Of a stretch of 33,415 bases of DNA, positions 19,603-29,567 are shown piece after piece. The first letter of the stretch is position 1, and every line of letters begins with the position of its first letter. The stretch covers positions 1 to 33,415 of the forward strand of contig NIVC01000961.1 of the NCBI GenBank assembly GCA_002269645.1, given 5' to 3'. The stretch comes from Macrostomum lignano (taxonomy: Eukaryota). A model generated the notes under the pieces. That model made no database searches, was not told the origin of the DNA, and saw only the letters and a program-made list of their open reading frames with translations. The translations under genes and the position numbers were made by a program.

Positions 19603-22600
19603 ATGGTGAGTTGTCTGTCTTCTTTTGAAATGATACAATCTGATGTTTTTTTTCAACTTAAGCTTAACAGTACCGTTGTAAATTATGTGGGCCAGGCCTC
19701 AGGCCAGGAATTTTGTCCCTATCTATAGTAGGCCTAGGCTATTATGATCAAGTCGTCAAGAGGTTGTTTTTGAATATGGCATTCTGGCAGCTGGCACAAC
19801 AAGCATTAAGTTTCGGCAGCAAAAAATGATCATGTTGGGGAGTAGAGATCTATGACATGTTAAGATAGGCCTAGGTCTGCAAAAAAGCTTCAGTGTAAAT
19901 TTGGGTTTTTTAAGATTTCTCTCTTCTCTCCTCCTTTATCTCTATCATCTTCTCTTGTCTCTTCCCTCTTTGTTCCTCTCTCCTCTTGTCTCTGCCCTCT
20001 TCTCCTCTTTCCTTTCTCTTGTCTTTGCTCTCTCAGTTCTCTTCTTTTATCTTTGCTCTTTACTCTCTCTTCTCTCTCCTCTCTTCTCACTCTACTTTCC
20101 TCTCTCTTAACACTTCCCTCTTCTCTCCTCTTTCCTCTCTCCTATCTACTCTTTCCTGTCTCATCTCTTCTCTCTCATCTCAAATTTATACTCCTATTTA
20201 TTATTTCTCTTCTTTTCTCTTTTCTATCAATTCTCTTGTCTTTTCTCTATTCAGCTATTCTCTTTACTTTCTCTTCTTACTCTCTCATTTGTCATGTTAT
20301 CTCTATGCCCTCTTATCTCTCTTTTCTTCCTTCCTTTACTCTTTCCCCTCTTCTCTTTTCTCTTTTTCTCTCTCCCTTTTCTCTCCTCTCTTGCTATTCT
20401 CTTCTTCCTCTCCCATTTCTTCACAATTTTCTTGTGATTTAAATTCACTATTTAAATTTAAACTTATATAATTATAAAATAAATTAAACTTAATGTGAAA
20501 ATTTCCATTGTGTGACTAATTTAGTAGGATTGTATTGCATTGAATTACTTTTTTATAAATCTTGCTTTTACAAACCATGTTGCATTGCCTTGATTTGCCA
20601 ATTGCCACCCACTATTAAACTGCTACAAAGTTTGCCTATACAGAGGGCCACACTCAGGAAGGTGTACATTATGGCGGAAAATTCCGGCGCACATCCATGA
20701 AAAATATGCGCAAAGTGGTGCACACGGCGCACAACAAAGGCTTAGCAAAAGTTTTTAGCACATAATGGTGCATAGCAAAACCTGATTAGAAAAATTTAAC
20801 TCACAATGAGTCACCTAAATGTATAATCTGCATATGCAGTGCATAAAATATGCTTTAAGATTACATTTTTCTAAGCATATCAATAAAAATTGTTGTTTCT
20901 TGGTAAGTGAAACAAATAATAAAATTCAAAATGGGATTTTAACGTAAAGTTAAAGCTATTTTTTTTGAGAATTTTCTACGTGAGCTAAAAAAAGCAAAAG
21001 TTTTGAGTTAAAAAAAGCCTACATGAGATACAAAAATTTATCCGTTTTTTAGTTTTGTTTTAATTGGACTTTTACCGAGTTTTTAGTGCTACGGCGCATT
21101 AGTTAGCGATGTATTTGTCAATAAATGAATGTACACCTCGGCGCACAAATTCATATTTTAGCTTCGTGCACAGCGCACACCAAAAATACGCTAAAATATG
21201 TTCCCGCGCACACGTGACACCTTCCTGAGTGTGGACAGAGGGCAGGGGTTAGAATTTTTCACTAAACTGTCATGGCTTAATGTAGCACATGCTATCTATA
21301 AATAAAGTTATTCTAAAACATTGTCATATTGCCATATAAAGAATTGTTAAGATATTATAACCTAGAGAAGAATTGCTAAGAAGTCTGCTTATAAGAGGTC
21401 AAATCATAGGATAAATTACTAAAATATCAAGACTAAGAGGTCAGAGGCTGTGTTGTCTTTAATTATTCAATTCTTTCTTGGCTTCCCAATATTGCATTTT
21501 GCAATTAAATTAAGTTTGAATTTACCTAGTTTATACATTTTGTCATGTCTACTATTATTAGTACATTATTTATATCTAACAAATGATAAGGTGTTTAAAA
21601 GTGAGAAAAAAGAATAGCCTTACAGTCTGATTTTATGCTAGTAGCATATATTGTTTATTGTAGCAACTATACTAACATGTATCCTACCTACCTATGGCAG
21701 CTACCAATATGCCTATAGGAAACAGCTGCTCCAATGGCTAAAACCATTGAAATATAAAGATGTAAAAAAAGAAGCCATTGTTTTGCTAAAAAAATTGAGA
21801 CAAGGTCAAAAAGCTTTCAACCCCTGTACCCTGCATTGAAAAGTGAAAAATTCATCTTAACTTCAGCCTCTACTATCCAACCGCAGCGTGGGAATCTTGT
21901 TGAAATTGCTAAAAGCATACTAGCAAACCTAAACCTATTGTAAACCTGTATTGTACTGTATTGCAAACCTATTCTACATTGGATATTAATGATGAAAGCT
22001 TTAACACTTTGCCCTACAATATCATGGGGGAACTTTTGCTACTAGATGGACTGAATTATAAAACATTTCCAATATGTACAGCACCTGTCGAATCGCAGAC
22101 TGCGCAACTCAACCAACCACTCTATGGCACCAACCGCACAACTAGGTGAACTTTACTGTTGGCCAAATTCGCTCCATGATGGACAACAAGCGGAACATCC
22201 GCAACATGTCCGTCATCGCCCACGTCGACCACGGCAAGTCGACGCTGACTGACTCGCTGCTGTCCAAGGCCGGCATCATCGCCTCGGCCAGGGCTGGCGA
22301 GACCAGGTTCACGGACACGCGAAAGGATGAGCAGGAGCGGTGCATCACCATCAAGTCGACTGCCGTGAGCATGTACTACGAGCTGAGTGAGCCTGACGTG
22401 AATTTTGTCAAGACCCTGCAGGAGGTCTCGAAGCGCAGCGACGGAACTGACGAGTGTGGCTTCCTGATCAACCTCATCGACTCGCCCGGCCACGTGGATT
22501 TCAGCTCGGAGGTAAATTGGCTTTTTCATTTTCCTTACACCTCGTTGGACCACGAAACCTTATTACTTTAACTCCTGCAGGTGACGGCCGCTCTGCGTGT

Positions 22601-25600
22601 CACCGATGGCGCCCTGGTCGTCGTGGACTGCAACTCCGGCGTGTGCGTGCAGACGGAGACGGTGCTTCGGCAGGCCATCGCCGAGCGCATCAAGCCAGTG
22701 CTGTTCATGAACAAAATGGACTGCTCGCTGCTGACGCTCAAGAAAGGCAAGGAGGATCTGTACCAGCAGTTCCAGCGAGTCGTGGAGAACATCAACGTGA
22801 TCATCGCCCAGTTCGGCGAGGAGGGCGGCCCCATGGGCAACATCTTCGTGTCGCCGGAAAAGGGCACCGTCGGCTTCGGCTCCGGCCTGCACGCTTGGGC
22901 CTTCACGCTGAAGCAGTTCGCCGAGATCTACGCCTCCAAGTTCAAGATCGAACCGGAGAAGCTGATGAAGCGACTGTGGGGCGACAACTTCTACAACACG
23001 GAGACGAGGAAGTGGGTGAAGACTCAGGAGAGCGACAAGTGCGTCCGGGGCTTCATCCAGTTCGTGCTGAACCCCATCTACCAGGCAAGTGTTGCTTCAG
23101 TACACCTTTCATATTATTGTTAATGGCTTGACAGTATGATCACTTTATACTGAACCTGATGATCTAGCTTTTCTGGCGGAGATTACTTTGTATTATTTAT
23201 TATCGAAAGTTTTCATTTTCTCGCTCCGTCTGTAAAACCTGCGCATGATGACCTTATACTGCCCCAGGCTGAGAGAAATCTTACTTAATGAGGATTCAGT
23301 CTGTCTGATTCGCAGCAGGTAGTTATTGTTAGTTTGAGCTTTGCGAATACTTTTTTATTGCATGGTTTCGGTCAGTTCTCTGGGATTGCTTCTCCGCGAT
23401 AGCGAAAATTCACTTTGTGCCATCTGCTCCACAGATGTTCGAAGTAGTGATGGACAAGCCTATCGAGGAGGGCCTGAAGCTGGCCGAAAAGCTCGACATC
23501 AAGCTGGACGCTGAGGAGCGCGAGCTGAGCGGCAAGCCGCTGCTCAAGGTGATGATGCGCAAGTGGCTCCCAGCTGGCGACACCCTGCTGCAGATGATTG
23601 CCATCCACCTGCCGTCTCCCGTGACCTCTCAGCGCTACCGCATGGAGCTGCTGTACGAGGGACCCCATGATGACGAGGCCGCCATCGGCATCAAGACATG
23701 CGATCCGAAGGCGCCGCTCATGATGTACATCTCGAAGATGGTGCCGACCTCCGATAAGGGCCGATTCTACGCCTTCGGTCGGGTGTTCTCCGGAGTTGTG
23801 AGCGCCACCAAGGTGCGAATCATGGGCCCCAACTTCGCGCCGGGCAAAAAGGATGACCTGTTTGAGAAGAGCATCCAGCGCACCATCCTCATGATGGGCC
23901 GCTACACCGAGCCTATCGAGGATGTACCTTGCGGCAACATCTGCGGTCTCGTCGGCGTCGACCAGTTCCTGGTGAAGACCGGCACCATCACCACCTACGC
24001 CGCTGCGCACAACATGCGCGTCATGAAGTTCAGCGTGTCGCCCGTCGTTCGCGTCGCCGTCGACTGCAAGAATCCGTCCGACCTGCCGAAGCTGGTCGAG
24101 GGTCTGAAGCGCCTGGCCAAGTCCGACCCCATGGTGCAGATCTACAACGAGGAGTCCGGCGAGCACATCGTTGCTGGCGCTGGCGAGCTGCACCTGGAGA
24201 TCTGTCTGAAAGATCTGGAGGAGGATCACGCCCAGATCCCGATCAAGACCGGTGATCCCGTTGTGTCTTACCGCGAGACTGTCACTAACGAGAGCAACCA
24301 GGTTAGTGGCCTAGATCTTCTGTGTAGTAGTTAGACCATTAGCTACTGACTGTCAGAATTAGCTACTGACTGTCAGCATTAGCTACTGAGTACATGAGCA
24401 TTAGCTACTGAGTACATGAGCATTAGCTACTGAGTACATGGGCATTAGCTACTGAGTACATAAGCATTAGCTACTGAGTACATGGGCATTGGCTACTGAG
24501 TACATGAGCATTGGCTACTGAGAACATAGGCATTGGCTACTGAGTACATGAGCATTGGCTACTGAGAACATAGGCATTGGCTACTGAGTACATGAGCATT
24601 GGCTACTGAGAACAAAGGCATTGGCTACTGAGTACATGAGCATTAGCTACTGAGTACATGAGCATTAGCTACTGAGTACATGAGCATTAGCTACTGAGTA
24701 CATGAGCATTAGCTACTGAGTACATGAGCATTTACTACTGAGAACCTAGGCATTGAATACTAAGTCAGCATATCAATAACCGTCGTCTCTTGACCCCTCT
24801 AGACCGTGCTGTCAAAGTCGCCCAACAAGCACAACCGGCTGTACATGAAGGCCCGCCCTCTGGACGAAGATCTCTGCAAGGACATTGACGATGGCAAGAT
24901 CGCGCCCCGCCAGGACGCGAAGGACCGCGGCCGCATCCTTGCCGACACCTACAGCTGGGACGTGACCGAGGCTCGCAAGATCTGGTGCTTCGGGCCGGAC
25001 ACCAACGGTCCCAACCTGGTTGTTGACGTCACCAAAGGTGTGCAGTACCTGGCTGAGATCAAGGACAGCGTTGTAGCCGCTTTCCAGTGGGCCACCAAGG
25101 AGGGCGTTTTGTGCGACGAGAACATGCGCGGCTGCCGCTTTGACATCTGCGACGTGACGCTGCACACCGACGCTATCCATCGCGGCGGCGGCCAGATCAT
25201 CCCGACTGCTCGGCGCTGCTTCTACGCCGCCGTGCTGACCGCGGAGCCGGCCCTGCTAGAGCCGGTGTACCTGTGCGAGATCCAGTGCCCGGAGAACGCT
25301 GTTGGCGGCATCTACGGTGTGCTGAACCGTCGGCGCGGTGTTGTGTTCTCCGAGGAGCAGGTGAGACTCTTCACACTTGTTAATGGATCTTCTCGTTAAT
25401 CTTCATATCATCTAATTCGTTGTGAGCTTGGCAAAGTGACTGGTCGTTTTTTTTGGACAATCTGAAGTTTCCTGCTTGAGCAGTTTCGAGCTTGTGAAGT
25501 ATCGAGCTTGAGCAGTTTCGAGCTTGTGAAGTATCGAGCTTGAGCAGTTTCGAGCTTTTGAAGTATCAAGCTTGAGCAGTTTCGAGCTTGTGAAGTATCG

Positions 25601-25984
25601 AGCTTGAGCAGTTTCGAGCTTGTGAAGTATCGAGCTTTTGAAACGCCCCTCATAGACTGAGAGTGCAATTTTTTGTTAGTGGCGTCCTATTCCGATTTCC
25701 AATCGATCCCCTCCACAACCTCCCTCTGCCAGGTGTCCGGCACCCCGATGTTCATCGTGAAGGCCCACCTGCCAGTTAACGAGAGCTTCGGCTTTACCTC
25801 GGACCTGCGCCAGGCCACAGGCGGCCAGGCCTTCCCGCAGTGCGTGTTCGACCACTGGCAGGTGATGCCTGGCGACCCCCTGACCGCCGGCACCAAGCCC
25901 AGCCAGATCGTGCTGGACACCCGCAAGCGCAAGGGCCTGCAGGAGGGCATCCCGCCGCTGGACCGCTTCCTGGACAAGCTGTGA
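19603..25984 (+). CDS. EEF2: Eukaryotic translation elongation factor 2, 6 exons, about 849 aa
   Basis: Exons 19603-19605 (ATG only, inferred), 22146-22511, 22581-23084, 23435-24301, 24803-25360 and 25733-25984. Motifs [47 protein letters not shown], the diphthamide loop [15 protein letters not shown], and a C-terminus ending FLDKL. AATAAA at 26408-26413. Confidence 0.98.
19917..20430 (+). repeat. Degenerate CT-rich low-complexity tract in EEF2 intron 1
   Basis: About 510 bp that is almost entirely C and T on the + strand. The overlapping L/S/F-rich and R/K/E-rich ORFs are compositional artefacts. Confidence 0.95.
20648..21234. mobile_element. MITE, 587 bp, perfect 18-bp TIRs, 8-bp TSD, in EEF2 intron 1
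   Basis: TIR CCACACTCAGGAAGGTGT (20648-20665) and its reverse complement (21217-21234). ACAGAGGG is duplicated at 20640-20647 and 21235-21242. GCGCACA motifs recur near both ends. AT-rich core with no meaningful ORF. Confidence 0.9.
24337..24772 (+). repeat. 22-bp minisatellite (about 20 units) in EEF2 intron 4
   Basis: Unit GCATTAGCTACTGAGTACATGA with variants. The first two units are about 20 bp. Confidence 0.97.
25474..25639 (+). repeat. 32-bp tandem repeat (5 units, 16+16 dimer) in EEF2 intron 5
   Basis: GCTTGAGCAGTTTCGA plus GCTTGTGAAGTATCGA, with units at 25474, 25506, 25538, 25570 and 25602. Confidence 0.97.
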
Positions 25985-26658
25985 GCCGGCAGGATCAGCG
26001 AATGCGATCTGACAGGCTGACTGACCAAACTCTTGCTTTATCCCGATGCGCGGACCCTCTGTTCTTGATAATTTGCCTAACAATCTAAGTTAATTATTGT
26101 ACTATTGTGCTCTGTTCTGTGCGGATGCGAGCGGCAGAGCAGCTCCGGGTGCGGGTCAGCCCTAGTAAACAGATTGTTAGACTCCATCATTTTGCATCCC
26201 AAAATATGCAATCCACCTTAGCTGCTCTGCCCTCCAGTTCCGATAAAAGATAATTATTATACTAAACTAGATAACTAACAGCCGCTGCAAGATTCTCCCG
26301 CTGCCGTGTTTTTCATTTTCGACACGTTCGTGTTACGCTTTTAGACTCTCCAACCAACCTCTGGCTCGCTGAAATTTATTGACTCAAATTATTTCTATAA
26401 TTATGAAAATAAATATATAAAAAACCCACGCGCAGTGAAGTGAAGCTCGATTGCTTGGAATTTTGGACTAAAATCATTTCAAGCTTGTGGCCTGACGCGA
26501 GTGTGCGAGTAGCTGTGTGCTCTCTACTGTCTGTCTGGCAGCGCGCGTGAATTTAAATTGATTAACAAAAAATATGAAAAATTATTGACGCAATTTTTAG
26601 TTCGATGTTGAGTTTCTACAGATTTTTTTATTTTCATTCTACCATTGCATGCATCTCC

Positions 26659-27413
26659 ATTCCCCTGATTATCACCCACAATTCCCCTGATTATCATTCA
26701 CGATTCCCTGATTATCACTCACAATTCCCTGATTATCACTCACATTTCCCCTGATTATCACCCACAATTCCCCTGATTATCACTCACAATTCCCTGATTA
26801 TCATTCACGATCCCCTGATTATCACCCACAATTCCCCTGATTATCACTCACAATTCCCCTGATTATCATTCACGATCCCCTGATTATCACCCACAATTCC
26901 CCTGATTATCACTCACAATTCCCTGATTATCATTCACGATCCCCTGATTATCACTCACATTTCCCCTGATTATCACCCACAATTCCCCTGATTATCACTC
27001 ACAATTCCCTGATTATCATTCACGATCCCCTGATTATCACCCACAATTCCCCTGATTATCACTCACAATTCCCCTGATTATCACTCACAATTCCCCTGAT
27101 TATCACCCACAATTCCCCTGATTATCACTCACAATTCCCCTGATTATCACCCACAATTCCACTGATTATCACTCACGATTCTCCTGATTATCACCCACAA
27201 TTCCCCTGATTATCACCCACAATTCCCCTGATTATCACTCACAATTCCCTCGATTATCATTCACGATTCCCCTGATTATCACTCACACTTCCCCTGATTA
27301 TCGCCCACAATTCCCCTGATTATCACTCACATTTCCCCTGATTATCACTCACAATTCCCCTGACTATCACTCACATTTCCCCTGATTATCACTCACAATT
27401 CCCCTGATTATCA
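26659..27413 (+). repeat. 21-23-bp minisatellite (about 35 units) downstream of EEF2
   Basis: Unit ATTCCCCTGATTATCA followed by CCCACA, CTCACA or TTCACG. Confidence 0.98.
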
Positions 27414-29567
27414 AACAAAATTCGTAATCCGCTTCTAAACTGCTTTGAGAACAAATTTATCCCAAATTATTGAAATGGCAACTGAAGTTGTGATTGTACT
27501 TCATAATGTCAAACATGCAGAAGTACAATAATTACCGCAGAGTCATGGCCGGCTGCATGGTAAAAATTGCAGCAGTCTGACCAAATAGCGGAAAACTACT
27601 GTACTCTCGGCTTACTGCAACGCTTCTCCTACGATTCTACAGGGCCTCGTGTGTGAGCAGTCAAAATGCAAGTACAAGTGCACCGGGTCTTTTCTATCTG
27701 GTTTCCAGCTTATGCTTGTGGAGAGGAAAGGGACGAGAATCCAGTTTGGCTGCGGGCTGTATCGGTGCGCAGCATTACTTGGCAATATTTTAGGGCTAGC
27801 CGTCACTAGAGTTCTATTTTTAGAACACTGGTGCTGTCCCGCAAGGCCGAACGCAGATCCACTGCGTGATTGTTTTCAGTGGTCGTCACTGAGGAGGCCC
27901 GGTTGTGCAATATTTCTTAATTCTGCTGGCTTGGCTTCAGTTTTGCCAGAGTTTCTCAACTTCATTTTTTATCTGGCTATTGCTAGTTTCTGTCTTATGA
28001 TTTCCGTACAAAACTAGCTATTGCGATTGCAACAACGGGTGCAATTTCACACGGTATTATGCAAATTATAATTACATTATGTCTGCAGTCTACTGTGAGT
28101 AAAAAGTAACGAAACATGTTAGCCATAGTAAACGCTTCTTGCAGAACTGCTTCTCATTTGACAAAACCGCAGGAACTACCAATTATTTTTACCCTTTACT
28201 CGTCTGTCCACAATCTATTCACCCTACTCTCAGCAGCCCAGTGGTCCAGAGCGGCGCTCTGGTGTGCCAACGGCTCAGGCTCGATTCGACGTGCAGTCAC
28301 ATTAATTTGGAGCTAAACTGGAATCTCGACTTGCAATTAACCAACCCCCAAGGCGCAGTGAAGTGTACTTGCCTTAACGATAAGTTAGGGCCGCTGTACA
28401 CTCCTGTGTCAGTGTGTGCCTGTGCGTATGACTGCGTACGTATCCGCGCGCTTGTGTGCCTGCTCAGGGGAGTCGGCGGAATGGGCAGCAATGCCTCTCG
28501 CCGGTTGTGTGACAATGTCGCTCAAAGTGCGCCAGGGTGCACACAGCCCCCTGCTTCTAAAAAACGTCGGTCGCGCCGTCCTTGCCTGTAGGGGGCCTAC
28601 GACGACGTCAGCAGCTCCTGCATCGGTCGTGGGAAGTACGACTCGATGCTGATAATGTGGCCAGCTGGAGTCCACCAGGTCGCTTGGATGGGCCGGGCCG
28701 GCGCGGCGATGCAGCGATTCTCTTGTCGCAAATCTCGAGAGGCAATCCAGAGGTGCTGTGCCCCAATCCTCTTTCCAGCTCTGAAACCCCCATTCTACGC
28801 TTTTATTGATAGTAGCTCGTAATTGCAGGAGCGGCTGCGGGCACCCTGGCGCCAACGCGACACCGTCCCACAACCAGCACTTACGGCAATCCTTCCCATT
28901 CCCCCAGTGGACTCCTGAGAACATACAAAATCTCTATAGCCAGCGTGGGTCGTTCGAGTGTTCAGGCTCTGTTTGAAAGCATCAGGTTCCGTTCTAATTA
29001 GAGAGATTTTTTTCTTGAACGGGATCACAGAAAGCCTTGAGAAACTGCCCAGTCTGCGCCCATACTTGTTCAGTTCGTTTAGCAGTCCTTGACGTCAACT
29101 GCGCTTCATCAACCTATGCATAAAACGGTTGCTGCCCGTTCTACTGAAGCCAAATTGCACTTTTTCTTCTATGTCTGCCAGTCAAGAACGACAGATGAAT
29201 TATTCTATTTTTAGCTGCTCAGAGGATGAACCCCCAGGCTACAAGGTGGACTCACAGCTGCTTCTCGTGTTGCTACATGCACCCATAAGTACACCTTTTG
29301 TCGGAATATGACTTGTGCTCACACCCGCCCTCCTTGCTTTCGCCCAAACCCCCCGGAAGCACGACAATATTGTTAAAGCTCAAACTGCTTCGGCATCAAT
29401 AGGCTTAACAGGCTACTGCGGTTAGTAAGCAAGTAAGGATTATTTTCTGACTTTTTTGATTGGAAGATTTTTATTTAGAAACTGCTGTGTGGAAGCCACT
29501 TGGCCCATAGACTGCACATCGGGTGCGTTGTATTGTTTTATCGCCGCACTTACAATCTGATCTCGCC

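Noticed and set aside
19890-20471. ORFs of 65-161 aa over the CT tract
   Set aside because: Artefacts of low-complexity sequence lacking stop codons.
22122-26083. Long minus-strand ORFs opposite EEF2 (e.g. 23372-24229)
   Set aside because: Antisense shadows of GC3-rich coding sequence. The same holds for those opposite IMP4, the FMO and SVOP, and for + ORF 14625-15440 opposite the basic gene.
28400-29030. LINE apurinic-endonuclease relic or separate gene on the minus strand
   Set aside because: GC-rich and coding-like with faint hints (SLNTRT, QE, IISIESYFP), but no GDFN or other decisive motif and no consistent splice model.
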